From the NCBI GenBank assembly GCA_964234715.1, contig OZ174277.1: a DNA stretch of 64,000 nt, one strand, 5' to 3'. Positions 1 through 14,099 of the stretch are shown here, one piece after another (positions within the stretch are counted from its first letter, which is position 1; the number at the start of each line of letters is the position of its first letter). The notes under the pieces are model-generated. The model had not been told where the DNA came from. It did no database searches and saw only the letters and a list, made by a program, of their open reading frames with translations. The position numbers and the translations under genes are program-made. The stretch comes from Podarcis melisellensis. Lineage: Eukaryota.

Positions 1-565
1 TCACTCTTGTGGGAGCCAAAATGGGACATCTTGGGAGGCAATCAGAAGCCAGGATGATTTCTGTAATTCCAGGATGTCCTACTCAAAGCAGGACAGATGA
101 TGGGTATGCTATGCAGAGAGAAGTGTCTGAATTTGCTTGTCTGGAATGCAGTCTACTGAACAAAGAGGAGAATACAATTCCTTTGCCAACTTGAAGCCTC
201 TGCCCCAGGCCATCACAACATGCCATCCCTGGAAGGTTGCCCATAGGTGAAGGTGGTCCTTGAGTTGAGAAACATCCACCAATCCCTGTTCTAAATGAAG
301 AAAGTGACCTCTGTGGTTCTAAATGGGGGCCTGAGCTACAGCATAAGGACAATAACCACCTAATCTCCAGCATGTCTCTACTACAAATGTGAGCTATGGA
401 AGAACATAAGATGAGCCTGCATGCTCATGTCAGTGGCCCACAGAATCCAACACCCTGTTTTCACAGGGGCCAACCAGATGTGTCTGGGAAGCTGACAGGC
501 AGGCCCTGAGCGCAACAGCTCTCTGCTCACCTGTGATTCCCAGCAACTAGTATTCGGACGCATAA

Positions 566-968
566 TGTAGCAAAGTGAGTAACTAAAAATGACAAGGGTC
601 CTTTGGCAGAGGAGTCCAAACCTCATTTACACCGGGCGTGTCAAGGTGGCAAGTGCACACTCTGTTGGGGAAGGTGGTCCTGCTCCTATCTGTGAAGGCG
701 GCATCTGGTTATAGGCTCCGCTCCACCCTCCTGTTTAGACTTCTCAGTCACTCCTGTTGCCTCCTGTTCAGCCTCCCAGCTCAAAGCCCTTCCCAGCCTC
801 TGAGGCTCTCCGCTCCACACAAAGGTTGGCATCCTTGCTCTGCCTTCCAAAGTGGGAGCAGAAAGGGAAAATCCCCCTCCCCTCCTATCCAGCTTGTTAC
901 CATCAGCCCCATTTATTCCTCCTGCTGCTGCTTCATCAGAGCCTGCCAATCCAAGCCCAAGCCTGACA
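566..968 (-). mobile_element. Probable solo LTR or LTR fragment
   Basis: Starts TGTCAGG on the minus strand, like the 27800 LTR, and has a TATAA-like site near 710. It abuts a CR1-type fragment. No convincing TSD. Confidence 0.45.
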
Positions 969-1384
969 GCACTGCAGGGCTCACAACAGGATCTCAGGAG
1001 CGAAGCCAGTCAAAGCCAAAAAAACTGACTTCATCATATGCATCAGGCTTCCAGTTAACCCCGTTGAAGGAGGTCAGCAGCTTGAGTAGGAAATGCTTCT
1101 GCCTCATACTTTCCTAATTGAGAAAACAGATAGCAACCAGTGACAGGAGCAACTTTTATCAGACACACCTGGAATCATTGCTGTGTCATCACAACAAACA
1201 AAGAGCTATGCTGGGATCAGACCAATAATCCGTCCAGTCTGGCCAATCAGATTCCCCCAGGAAGCCCCTGAATAGAAGACATAAAGGCAACAGCTCTCCC
1301 CAGCTGTTGCTGTTTACAGCAGCATGTTTCCTCTGCACATGTGAATAATGTAACGTAGGTATTAAATTAAACTAAATTAAATTT

Positions 1385-1905
1385 GCTCCCACAAGAGCAA
1401 GTGATGACCATCAGCTTGGATGGCTTTGAAAGAGGATTGGACAAATTTGTGGAGGAGAAGCTATCAATGGATGCTAACCCTGAGAGATATTTTCTACCTC
1501 GTCTGGCAGAGGCAGTACAGTGGTACCTCAAGTTAAGAACCTAATTCGTTCCGGAGGTCCATTCTTAACCTGACAATGTTCTTAACCTGAAGCACCACTT
1601 TAGCTAATGGGGCCTCCCACTGCTGCCACACCGCTGCTGCGCAATTTCTGTTCTCATCCTGAAGCAAAGTTCTTAACCCGAGGTACTATTTCTGGGTTAG
1701 TGGAGTCTGTAACCTGAAGCGTCTGTAACCCGAGGTACCACTGTACACTTATGAATACCTGTTGCTAGAAATTACAGGAAGAGAAGGTGCTGTTGAACTC
1801 AGGTCTTGGTTGTGGGATTCCCACAGACATCTGGATGGCCACAGTGAGAGCAGCTTGCTGGATACCGTGGGCCACTGCTGTGATCCAGCAGTCTGTTCTT
1901 ATGAA
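1385..1905 (+). mobile_element. CR1-type LINE 3' end (interrupted by MITE)
   Basis: ttggatggctttgaaagaggattggacaaattt...tgatccagcag...ttcttatg, similar to 24540-25445. Confidence 0.7.
1518..1743 (+). mobile_element. Tc1/mariner (Tigger-like) MITE, copy 1
   Basis: TIR CAGTGGTACCTC...GAGGTACCACTG with TA TSD. Inserted in a CR1 3' end. Confidence 0.88.
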
Positions 1906-3349
1906 TGAACACTTTGTGGAGATTTTTAAGCAGTGGTTGGACTGCCTTCTGCCATGGATGCTCTAGCTGAGATTCCTGCCTTGCAGGGGTTGAGTTGGAT
2001 GAACCTTAGGGTCCCTTCCAATTCTATGATCCTATGGAGAATGATAAGATAGATTGACCTTGACATTTTGGAAAGAAAAGGCAGACAGTGACCTGCATGT
2101 TGGCAATTTCTCTGGATCCTCAATCTAATCCTAAAACTTTAGGAACTTGCTTCCCCCCCTTCCAAACGGGCCATTTTCAACCAGTGCTACGACTACTTCA
2201 AAGCCCAAATGAAATGCAGGGACATTCTGGGAAATAAATTACTGACAATTGATGAAAAACAGCCTTTTCACTTGCAAATCATTGTGCAACTGAGTTATGT
2301 AAGGCGGAAGCACCAGGGAGGTAAACTCTTGGATTGGCAGTCAGATAGCTTTGCCTTTCAAACACCATGCATAACCTTTCAAATTCTTTGGGGAGGAAAC
2401 AACAGCAACAGAATTTGGGTTAACACGTCCTGATTGTACAAAAGGGGAGAACCCTCTGGGGTGGTCTTTCATAAATTAATGACTTGTCAGAGGACTGAGA
2501 ATAGGCAGAGGGCCAAAGAAAATATTAAGCCTTGGTGATGCACTGTGTGTCGGATACTTCTATTGGAGTGCTTGCAGTTTGCCTGCAATGCTTTATATTC
2601 TGTTGCACAAGTTTGTGTGCATTCCTGACATGGACAATTCCCCCAGGAACATCTTTTTTCTACCTGGGGCTTGGTCTGGTCCAACCACAAGAGAAGCTGA
2701 GGTCGTTGCACCAGGTGACAGGTCTGAAGCATCTTGAAAGGATGGCAAATTGACAGCCATTTTTAGTATATAATATTTTTATCATGGGGGTAATTTGGAT
2801 TTTCTGTCTGACGAGCCAATGTGTCATTTGAGTAGCTTGAAAACAAAGGAACCTCTTCCTAATTGGCACAAATACAGGCTTAGTTACTAACTTTCCATGA
2901 ATGGAAAGGTTCATTACATTTATGAACAGGGCTGAATTCCAGAGGAACCGGCTGATTCCCTCATCTCCATGTAACTTCCTTCATTGCCTCTTATGCCTCC
3001 AAGGGCCTCCCAGACACAAGGGCCTGAAGGGGAAAGGGACACTTTCACTCATCTGCTAGCAGAACCATCATACAGGATGAACCCTGCCATCAGAAGCCTA
3101 GAGTGGTGTCTACCAACTGGAATTGATGGACCCATGTCTTTTAATTTCAATGGATCTGCTCTGCAAAAGACTAAGGTGGGCTGAAATCCATAGCTAGGAT
3201 TCTAAGCCCATGTTTCCTAGAGGTCTGGGGTGTGTGGGAAATGAAAACATGATGAGAACAGAGCCCCAAAGAGGAGGGGAGAAAGAAGTGCACATCCCAG
3301 AAAATACAAAAAACAAACACACATTTCTTCTCCTGGTTGGGTCTGTCCG

Positions 3350-3392
3350 TCCTTCCTTCCTTCCTTCCTTCCTTCCTTCCTTCCTTCCTTCC
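3350..3392. repeat. (CCTT)n microsatellite
   Basis: Directly visible in the sequence. Confidence 0.95.
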
Positions 3393-3971
3393 GACTCCTG
3401 CCTCCCATCCCAGTTGCTGCGCTTTCTACTCAAGCGCTGGTCTCAACCAGGAACACCAGAGAGTTGAAAGAGGAAGTGGGACAAAGTGATTCTTCTCCCA
3501 CTTCCTCTCCCATCTCTCTGTAGTGTCTAAGGCTGAGGTTGCTCCCTTCTCACATCCACCTAGTATAAAAGTAACTCCTTATGAAAGGGGTGGTGAGAGG
3601 GAGGGAGGGAGGGAGGGAGGGTCTTCATGGGAGCTGAAGGAGGCCTTCCATGTGAACCACACTGGAGACATCAGCTCTATTTGAATGAGTCCTCTGTGTG
3701 AAGACCTGTCTACTACTAGCCTAGTCTAAAGCTAATGAGAGGGAGGAAGAATACAATTTGAAAGTTCAGGAAAAAGACCGTAATACAGGAGAGGGCCTCG
3801 TAGCTGTCCACCAACTGTTGGCACTTGGAGCAGGTACCCAGGTCACCTGGTTGCAGCACTAGGCAACATGGACCAATGGTCTCACTCAATGCAAGGCATC
3901 TCCCTATATTCCTATGAGGTGTATTTATATTTAAAGCAGTAATATCCAAATTTGCATCTCTACATATAAAT

Positions 3972-4385
3972 TGTGTGCCGAGGCACCTGAGCCATAAACT
4001 TCCCAGGAGAACAAGAAAGCACATGGACACAAATATTTGGTTTATGGGTTCAAGTAGACCACAACTTTATTGGTTACAGATGTGAGTGGATTCACACTCC
4101 TTTAAGAGGATATGCTTACTGAGGAGGGGCAGGGGAAGGCCACAACCTCCCCTCGATCCAAATGGAGCGAAAGAGAGGGTGCCGGCTGACCGTGCCACGG
4201 TTAAATTGCCCGCGGCCACACCCACACAGAGCTCTGGTTGGCTGGGGCTGACCAAAAGAGCAGAACCCCAGCAACAACAACGTGGCCGTCATGACCCAGG
4301 GAGGAAGCGGCAACTCTCCGCCCCCTAAGCCGGCATACTGTTGTGACCCAGCCGCCCGGCCGCAACACCACCCACCGGGAAAGGT
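3972..4385 (-). mobile_element. Unclassified LTR-like repeat fragment
   Basis: Locally CpG-rich block with AATAAA on the minus strand near 4066-4071 and a GC box. Ends not resolved. Confidence 0.3.
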
Positions 4386-4406
4386 GAGCAGAATTAGCAG
4401 ATGTAA

Positions 4407-4755
4407 AGGTAAAGGGACCCCTGACCATTAGGTCCAGTCGCGAATGACTCTGGGGTTGCGGCGCTCATCTCGCTTTGCTGGCTGAGGGAGCCGGCGTACA
4501 GCTTCCGGGTCATGTGGCCAGCATGACTAAGCCGCTTCTGGCGAACCAGAGCAGCGCACGGAAATGCCGTTTACCTTTCCACCGGAGTGGTACCTATTTA
4601 TCTACTTGCACTCTGACGTGCTTTCAAACTGCTAGGTGGGCAGGAGCAGGGACTGAGCAACGGGAGCTCACCCCGTCACGGGGATTCGAACCGCCGACCT
4701 TCCGATCAGCAAGCCTTAGGCTCTGTGGTTTAGACCACAGCACCACCCGCGTCCC
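4407..4755 (-). mobile_element. Sauria SINE, full length
   Basis: tRNA-like head with a GGTTCGAATCC B-box on the minus strand and an (ACCTTT)n tail. 12-bp TSD TAGCAGATGTAA (4395-4406 / 4756-4767). Confidence 0.9.
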
Positions 4756-7188
4756 TAGCAGATGTAACTTGTATGCATATCAGCAGCATCTTTTGTCTCT
4801 TTTTGGGTGATGTGCAGGAGGCCAATCTCCATCTAGTTGGAATAAATAAAGAGTAAACTGAATATAAGTCTTTTTGACTTAACCATGTTGGAGGAGTGGG
4901 TTGGGAAAAGATACATCAGGATTCAAAATCCCCCTTAACTCAGAAATCTGTTAGCTGGACTTTGGTGCCAGTGCCTGACACTTTGCTGAAGCAGTCTCTA
5001 TTGCTAGAGCAATAAATCCCAACTGTAAAGTAGACTGCATTAGAGCAAAATAATTTAAGTGATTACACTAACCAAAAGCACTTCTTTTGCTCAGAAGTTT
5101 ACATGTTACTGGCTCTGAGCGCAAACTTTGTTTTTGTTAGAAAAGAGGGAAGCTTAATCTTGCCTTCCATAACATTTGAAGAGGGTTTTCTCCCCTCCAA
5201 AAAGCAACATTAAATAGACACTGGTGTCAAACGATTGTTCCATTAAAACACAGACACTAAAACCTTCAGCACAAATTAAATCATCCTTATGTTTTGGTGG
5301 AGTTGGAAAGCAGGCTGGGTCATAAAATTGGTGATTCATTAGTGCTAATTAGCAATTTTTCTGTGCCAATTGCAAACTTAAGAGAGCCTGTTTTTCGACA
5401 TTAATCATTCTAAAGTTACAGTAATGGCAAGATTTATACGTCAGCCTCTTGTGAGTTCAGCTGAATGCATTTCAAAGCATGCTTATAAACTAGATTGAGG
5501 ATGTTGATATCTAAAAACAATCACATAAAAGCCATGGCAAACTTGGTGTCCATTCATATGGCAAAAAGAACATGGATCACGTTGGCACAGTACTCACACT
5601 TGATTAAACTGAGCCTAGATTAAAGCAGCATGGTCTGGGGATAAGCAGAAATACAGGTCACTTGTTCCATCTAAAGCTTTTGCAGGCAATATCAACAGTA
5701 AAAACTCTGCACTGAAGAGTGAAACCATGGACATGATCCCATTTGTGTGGCTCCATGGAATATATTTTTTTTACTTCAGTGCTTTGCTCCAATAATCCAT
5801 GCACAGAACTGTGTGTTCCATCAAAAGCTTGAAAAGTGTAAATTCTGCAAAAGAAATGTTACCGTTTCCTTTAGCTCAGCTGCCCACTTGAGCGCTTTGG
5901 CTGGAGGCTTTTTGCTGCAGTCAGGAATTTAATTTTAATGCCATTTTTCTGTGCTTGTGTTCTTTCCCTTCTTTTTTTCTCTTAAACCAAAAAATGTTTT
6001 CATTATTCCAGAAATCGACTAAAATGGATAAAATAGAGTTTCTGAAACTGTGGACCTATTCCCTGGTGCTTTGGGGAACACCCTAAAGGAAGGAACAGGA
6101 ATAAATTTGCATACCTTTGTCAGGCCTTATAAATATTCACGATTCAGGGGCATGACCCACTGAGATTTGGGGAAAGGAGAACTGTAACCCAGTGCAGATG
6201 TTTCCCTCCACATGTTTCAAGACTTGCTGGAGAGATGGACCCTGCATACTGATCCTCAGGTATCCCTGCTCCTTCAAGCTTATTCCCAGTCTGTATTGAA
6301 TTCAGCAGTAGATTAAGGGAGAATCTACATGCTTTCAGCAAAATGTATACAGGCTCTTCCACTCCACATGATCATGCTTTGGTCATGTATGGAGGAGTCT
6401 ATACATGAGCACATTAAGCTGCTGATGTGTCACCAGCATTCTGCAGTTTGCAGTATACCCAGCACTGATACAGGAATGCCAGTCAAGATCAGTACAACTT
6501 CTGTGGATTTGTAGTAAGGAAGAAATTGTCCCCTTAGGAAGTTGGCCAGGTCATCTGGACCAATGTCAGATAAACATCCAAGCTTCTGGGTGGTTTCCCC
6601 TATCAAAACCAAGCTCTGGGCCTTTGGCATAAGATAATGAAGAATAGGAAATATTTGAAGCACTGCATCAGCAGAAATGGAGACTGGTATAGCAAGAGTT
6701 TATACAGCTCTTTGCTTCAGTTGAGTTTTGTTGATACTCTGAATTCTTAGAATACATACTGAGGGCACATACCTGCACACTGAAATATAGGTTGTGTTGC
6801 TTTTTCTATTTTGAGAAGGGCAGGAGTTTGAAATACATGGCAATGTTTGGCACAGAATGCCCCCTGTATCTCATCTCACCACTTATTACTGGTGTACCTC
6901 AACTATTTCCCAGGTTTCTCCCCAACTATAATGAAGCAAGGACTATTAATGGACCATTTCATAAAGTTCAGGTGAAACCACGGGGAGTCAGCAGCAGTCA
7001 TGCCCAGAAAGGGTGGTGGAATGGTGATATGTGTAATGACGTTCATCACACCACACCCACTAGCGCAAATGAAATTTAGTGTGACATGGTGGTATATTGA
7101 ACAAAAAGCCTCCGTTCTGTAATGCAGGAGGTACTGCAGTGTAAAAGGAACATTAAAAATCAGGATGGAGGCATTTTCATTATAACCA

Positions 7189-7436
7189 GTAAAAGGTAAA
7201 AGGTAAAGGACCCCTGGACAGTTAAGTCCAGTCAAAGGTGACTATGGTATGAGGCACTCATCTCGCTTTCAGGCCGAGGGAGCCAGCATTTGTCCACAGA
7301 CAGCTTTCTGGGTAATGTGGCCAGCATCACTAAACCACTTCTGGCACAACGGGACACTGTGATGGAAGCCAGAGCGCACGTAAATGCCGTTTACCTTCCC
7401 GCCACAGTGGTACCTATTTATCTACTTGCAATGGTA
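7189..7436 (-). mobile_element. Sauria SINE, 5'-truncated
   Basis: (ACCTTT)n tail and body similar to the other copies; head missing. Confidence 0.85.
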
Positions 7437-7534
7437 TGACAAATCCCATATATGAATGCAACTTTACTCTCCCTCTGGGCTCAATGTCCAGAAGAAAGGG
7501 ACACGTCTCATTGCTTAGGAGCGCTCTGCCTCTG

Positions 7535-7845
7535 GACCATACATTTAAAGCACTATGTTACCTCTTTAAACACTCATGGCCTCCCCCAAAGAATTATGGC
7601 AGCTGTAGTTTGTTAAAGGTGCCGAGAGGTGTTAGGAGACCACCTTACTGCTATCACAGAAGTACAAGTTTGGCAGAGTGGTTTAACAGTCCATCCTCTT
7701 TACTGGGAACTCTGAGAATTGTAGCTGTGTGAGGGGAATATAGGTTTCCTCACAACCCTTGGCACCCTTAAGAAATCATAGCTCCCAGGATTCTCTGAGG
7801 GAAGCTGTGTTTAAAGTGGTATCATACTGCTTTAAATGTTTGGTG
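7535..7845. mobile_element. Palindromic non-autonomous DNA element (MITE-like)
   Basis: Terminal inverted match acatttaaagca...tgctttaaatgt. A related element lies at about 39068-39225. Confidence 0.6.
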
Positions 7846-10800
7846 TGACTGTGGCCTGCATTAGCTGGTGGCAAAGCTGCCACACAAACTGGCTTACATT
7901 TCAGTCCTCGGGCTTGATTGATATTTGGCTTGGATTCTTGTAAGCCCTTTCCACTTTCCGTAAGAAGCAACATTTCAATCCCAGTTGTTTCGTTTATGTC
8001 TCAAAACTTTTTTATATATAATGGGGTATTTATCAAGATAAGATTATTTCTATAAAGTCTTTCTATTTAAAGAACAACTTTACTTTTGAAAAACGGAGTC
8101 GCTTCAGTTTTGGGTCTTTGCCCAACATTTCTTTTGACAAAACACCACATTTATTACTATGAATGCTTTTTATCCATGTTTTTCCTCAGTGTAGCCTATC
8201 TATACTGAAGATCACTCAGAAGATAAGTAGATAGTGCACCCTGTGTAGAGAAAGTCCATCTGTAATGCTGTGCAGTTTGAAAACAGGAGAGATTATAGGG
8301 GATCTGAATGGTTTCAGTTGTGCTGGCTTTAAAGTATTTAACTTAGGGCTTAACTGAATAGATGAAACTGTGTTTTCCTAAAATGTGATTGACTCAATAC
8401 CCCACACACATTTACACACACACACACACACACGCTGCATCAATAAATCCCACTGGAAAAATGCAACTTGAAAAACTCAAACAAGCCTTGCAAAAAAAGT
8501 ACAGTTTCTTCAAGGACCCTTCCATCATTTGTATACAATCATTCTCCCCAACAGCAGACTCAGGTGCTAAGTGCCAGTGGTGATGTAAATACTGAGAATT
8601 AAGAGGAATGCACACCAGTTCCAGAAGCCGTTTGCCAGGTGTGGTAGAGCCAGTCTGGTAGCTTCCTGGCAGGTGAGTCACTGTTGCTTGCTAGGAGGGA
8701 AAGGGAGGCACAAGATGGAGGGGAACTCAGTGCAGTGAAAATGCAGTGGCAAAGCCAATCCAGCACTCCTGCTGGTGTGTTTGCACTGAACCAACCTCCC
8801 TGCTAACTTGTCCCTCCAGGTAAGCCAAAGCAACCCACTTGCCAGGAAACCAACAGAGTGAATCCACCCCACTCGGGAAGTTGCTTCTGGAACTGGTGCA
8901 GAACCATGTGTTCAAAGGGTTGTCAGAGAATCTACTTGAAGATGTTCTATACTTGAAGGACTTCCCAAGCCTAGTTGAAAGATCAAGAACCATAATATGG
9001 GAGAGCAGGAGAAACCTTGAAGTTGGCCGTCAGCTGTTATAGCACCTGGTCAGCAGGGCCAGGTGTCTGGTGACAGACCTATTCCCCAGTATGGTGTGAT
9101 GGGCTGCATTTCTACATAAATGAGTGATAATTCATCAAATAAAGTATGTAAGTCAGTCTAGATTTGTGTCCATTCTTTACATATTAATAGTTCAGTTCTG
9201 TATCACTGATTGCTTCATAGATGCTGTTCATTGCTCTGGGCTCTGTATGAAGAAGGGTGGTAGATAAGGCATAAAATTACCATCATTAAAGGCACAAAAT
9301 TACCATCATTATTATCATGATCCCCCAAAAATATCTACTCAGAAGCAGAGGCACTAGGTTGCCCTCAAAATTGGGGAGGGCAGGCATGTCGCCTGCATCT
9401 TCCGTGTGTCACGACTGTCAGGAGTTCAGCCTACAATCAAGTAGGACCTTGGCAGAGACACATGCCCAACTGGCATGTTCCCTCCCTCCTGGTCAATCGT
9501 TCGGGAGCTTCAAAAGCTTTCGTCTGCCCAAACATCACAAGGACCGATGCCAACTGACACTGGCACGCTTAGGGATCCGCAGAGTTTGCGCAGTTGCGTA
9601 ACAGACCTCAGCAACTCAGCATTTTGGCTAATCTACTTTTTTTACATATAAACACATAAGGAGCACTGCAACGTGGCTCCCTCTCTCTCTAGCATCAGAC
9701 AGCAAAGAGAAAAAGAACAAAGGGCAATAGTCCCACTTCATGGAACACAGTAACACAAGCATCCTGTCTTCGTCACTTCCCACTCTGTGGAATCAAAACA
9801 TACACTGTCAACAATCCTATGACTGCAGTCATGGAGCAGGAATTCTAACAACGACATGTGCACAATGGACTTGTGATGTGTGCAGGGTCGCCTCAAAATT
9901 GGGGCGGCTGGCCCCCTTAAAACAAATATTGAGGGGGGCAAGGTGCACCTGCTCAGAAGTAAGCCCTTACCCTCATGTAAGCATGCATTGGACTGCATCC
10001 TAAATTGCCCCATGCAGATTTTATGCCAATCTGTATCCTCTTTTGTTTTCCTTTTTGGTGATGCATTTCCAACTTTTTGGCCACGTGTAAGTGGCAACTG
10101 TATGTGTCTTACAAACTGTATGTGTCGCTTTTCATCTGTGAAGTGCTGCTTAAAAAGAAAATATTCAGCTCAGCTTTCTGTCTTACAGATGTAAAAGACA
10201 ACTACCAAGAAACATCAAAATTACAATAAAAAACCACAGTATCAAAAATATAGATCATTTCATGTAAAAAGAAACCATAAAAGGGCAACAGAGCCCTAAA
10301 TCAATAACCACCAGCTATAGCAACACAGATCTGGACATTTTCTGGGCTGCCTGAGAGACAATAGACTTAGGATGGCACCTGAAAGTCAAACATTCTCAAT
10401 TCCACAAGAGTTAGTTTTCAAGGACCTAATTTATTGGGGAATTAGCATAACTCCAGAAATCAATTTCTGGTTCTAAGGCTCTGCTTGAGAACAGGTTAAG
10501 CAATAAGATAGCATCTTTGAGAATGTGCTGAGTACCGCAACCTTGCCACTGTATAATCACAACCAGATCCCACACGCTTGGGTTTACTGGAAAGGTCAGA
10601 GGGTGATTTCCAGATGGCACTTTTTGGATAAGCACTGGTTGAGCCTTAAAGACACATCCAGGAAAGAATTTGATACTCAGAAACATAACCTCTATCACCA
10701 AAGTTCCTTTATGAAAACCACTTGCAACTATATTCCAAAAGCACAGAGACACACAAAAAGACACAACCCAGTACAAACAGTTACCGGAAGGCATTAGTTT

Positions 10801-13800
10801 CATGTAAAATAAAATATCTATTTACAGCTATATATAAATATATTCAGACATGCAGGAAGAATGGCATAAATAAATGTATTTAACTTCACAATGGAAGTGG
10901 AACAAGGCTAAATTGAATACATAAAATCTTTATTGGATCTCTGGAGGAAGCAAACTGTAATGTTTTCTTAGAAAAGATGATTGCTTTGTGCCGTTAACAC
11001 TAGACCAACCAATGCTGAACAGCCTTCATAATTATGCTCTGGAGAGAAATATAGTGTTATAGAAAGTATTTGGGAAGTTGTATCCTTGCTTCCAGAGTAA
11101 CATTTTGACAATTGCATATTTGACCTCATTATTTACATTGACTAATTATTTGCAACCAGTTCTGTCCTCTCCCATTCATCATCAACATCACCTAGATCCT
11201 AACTTTCTGTTTTAGGGAAAAGTTAGGAGTTAAGATAAAACTTAGAACTGTGACTTAGTTAAAGAAATAACAGTTGATTGCTTGAATGAGTATCAACCAA
11301 TTAAATGATTAATCGGTTAAATCTGCTTGTGAATAAAAGACTGTTATTCAAAGTAAAAAAGCATGCTGCTTTGGTTTTAGATGATGCTGTCTAGGCCATC
11401 GCCTGCCACATTCTTCCAAGAAAAATAACTTTTTAAAAGATGGTGCTTGCTACCTGCATCTTTTATTAGTGTATCTATTAAAAATAGTAAAATAAAAATT
11501 AGTTAATCAATGATACATTTAATAATGATGATGATGATGATGGCTGGTTGTTAAATTAACTGACTAAAAACCACATTGGAGGAAGGAAGGAGAAATTCAT
11601 TTGAATCTTGCTAATCTGCCAGAATTTGCATTAAAGGGTATTTTCTCCATTGTGCAGCACCCTTGTGGACACTTGAACTGGAAGTGATCAGCGCATAGTG
11701 AGCAGAGCCAACCCAAGAGATTTGGGCATGTGAGGTAAACTACAAAATGGTGCCCCCCTCCAGCCAGGGAAGGAGGGGTGAGTGAAGATCTATATTAGGA
11801 ACAAGGGGAGGAATCAAATCAGCCTTACCTGACAGTTGAAACGGGAATCAAAGTTTGTCATGGGATGGGGGGGAGGGGCCCACTCTGAATCATGCCTGGT
11901 AGGTGCAGAACCCAATAGACCCCAGAGGGCAGCCACTGCCATTTCTTCCCTGGCTGGGGGTGAGGGAGAGAGAGACCAGCTGTGCCGCCTATTTGCCAAG
12001 AGGCCACTGTAGAGGAGACAATGGGCAGTTGCAGGAGATGGTAGCTCTAGCCTTCAAGGAGTGCACCAAAGCCATGGGTTCCACCACAGAAGTAGCAGAA
12101 GCAGGTGATGGAGGCAAAATCTGACTCCCCTGCGGATCCTCCTGCCTGAGGCACCTTGCCTCATGAGTGGTTCAGCCATGAGGGTGAGGGGCCAGCCTGA
12201 AGGCCCCATGTACACTGCCTTTTATTCCATCATGGAAGAAAAGTAGGATATAAATGTAATATAGGGAAATCTGCAACTGACAGGCGTAAATCAGAGGGTA
12301 TAAAAGTATGCTGCTCACCATACTTTTGTTAAAAAGGGAGGAGATACGCTTTATTTACTTACTTACTTATATTTCTAAACTACCTTTTGTCAGTTATCAT
12401 TCCAACCCAATTTTACGACCATAAACTCAATACATTCAAACAATAGAATTCAACTGACAGTTAAAAACCATAATTAAAATAAGAATGCATTACGATGTAG
12501 AGGACAATCATCCAACTGACTTTGTTGGATCAACTCCCTCCAAGGTTCTGGGTGAAGAGATGTGTCTTTGTTTTGTGCCAAAAGTTAATTAATGATGGTG
12601 GCAGCCATACCTCTACGGTGCCACCGTAGAGAAGGCCCTATCTTGTCTCACCGCACTATGGGCTTCACCCAGTGGTGGAACATCAAGAAGAATCTCCTTT
12701 GCAACTCTAATGGAGCAGCATATACAGGGAGAGGCACTCCTTCAAGAATTTGATGTTTAGGAGTTTGTAAGTTAGCATGAAAGGAAGATACCCATGAAAT
12801 AGTGAGATAAGCATGTGAGGGAGGTAATTATGTGTGGAATTATTTGCTTTTTAGAAAAGGTTAAATGAGTTGCCCTGTACTGGAGTGGAATATGAGGAGC
12901 ATGCATCCACAGTCTTCCAAAATATAATCAGTTCATTAAAAAAAGAAAGAAATCTGCTTTACAAAATGGAATGCTGGAGGAAAGGAGTGTGTCAGGAAGT
13001 GTGTCAGCCACCGGAGACCAAATCCTAGAAGCTACCCCATTTACAGATATTAAAAGTCCATTAGGCCTTTGTATTGTTCAAAGCCATTGGGTTGGGAGCT
13101 GAAGGCTCGTGGCAGCCTTTACCTCTCCTCCTTCAAACCCACGCTCAAGCCAGGAATAATCTGCCCTCAGAAACCAATGTGTAAGACGACTATATAAATA
13201 TTGTCAATGTAAAAATTGGCTTACCGACAGGAAACAGAAGGCGTTAGCAAAAGTGAAGAGTTGGGAGTAGGAAGAGGTAATGACTGGTGTGCATGGAAAG
13301 GTCAATATTGAGATCCGGTTTTGGTTTACCATGTTTATGAATGGCCTTGAAGAGTGCGAAAGTGCAACTTCAAACGCAGCACTTGCTGATGACACACCAT
13401 TCAGCGAGGGTGGGAACTTAAGCAACAAAGAAACAGGAAAACCTCAAAGTGAGGAGGAGAAGGCAAAGCTGGAAGGAGCGTTGAGACAAATTTGAGATGA
13501 ATACAAAAGGAGGCATATGTTATGCTATGTCAATTTTTCCAATAGGTCAATATCTTCATCCTATTCAGCCTACACAGCTGCAACCAAGTTACTTTCACTG
13601 AGCTATAGTGGGTGCAATGGGCAGGGAAGGTAAAAACCTGGAGTAGATCTACACTGTTTTTTTTGCTCTAAAGGTTTCATCAGAAGGAATGTGCTAGATG
13701 TTTCTGGGGTTGGGGTTCTGGGGTTCCTCTGATCCATTTTTTCCTTTAAAAGTTTCTGAAGCAATATGAGAACCAAAACACATCCTCTCTTCTTTTTTTA

Positions 13801-13862
13801 TTTACACTTCTCTGAATTGTGCAATAGTTTTCCAGCCAGAAAATATGTACAAAAAGCATATA

Positions 13863-14092
13863 CAGTGGTACCTTGGGTTAAGAACTTAATTAGTTCTGGA
13901 GGTCCATTCTTAACCTGAAACTGTTCTTAACCTGAGATACTACTCCACTGGGGCCTCCCACTGCCGCCGCTGTGCAATTTCTGTTCTCATCCTGAAGCAA
14001 AGTTCTTAACCCAAGGTACTATTTCTGGGTTAGCAGAGTCTGTAACCTGAAGCGTCTGTAACCTGAAGCATCTGTAACCCGAGGTACCACTG
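13863..14092 (+). mobile_element. Tc1/mariner MITE, copy 2
   Basis: Same TIRs and internal sequence as copy 1; TA TSD. Confidence 0.88.
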
Positions 14093-14099
14093 TACTAGG

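Noticed and set aside
925-945. CTGATGA on the minus strand as a hammerhead core
   Set aside because: No stem II or GAAA follows.
1518-1743. Repeated TAACCTGAAG units as a CRISPR-like or satellite array
   Set aside because: The DNA is eukaryotic, and the units are internal to TIR/TA-bounded MITEs with no unique spacers.
10440-10810. 90-aa ORF as a host exon
   Set aside because: A-rich with no supporting splice structure. More likely a decayed L1-like ORF2 3' remnant, too weak to call.
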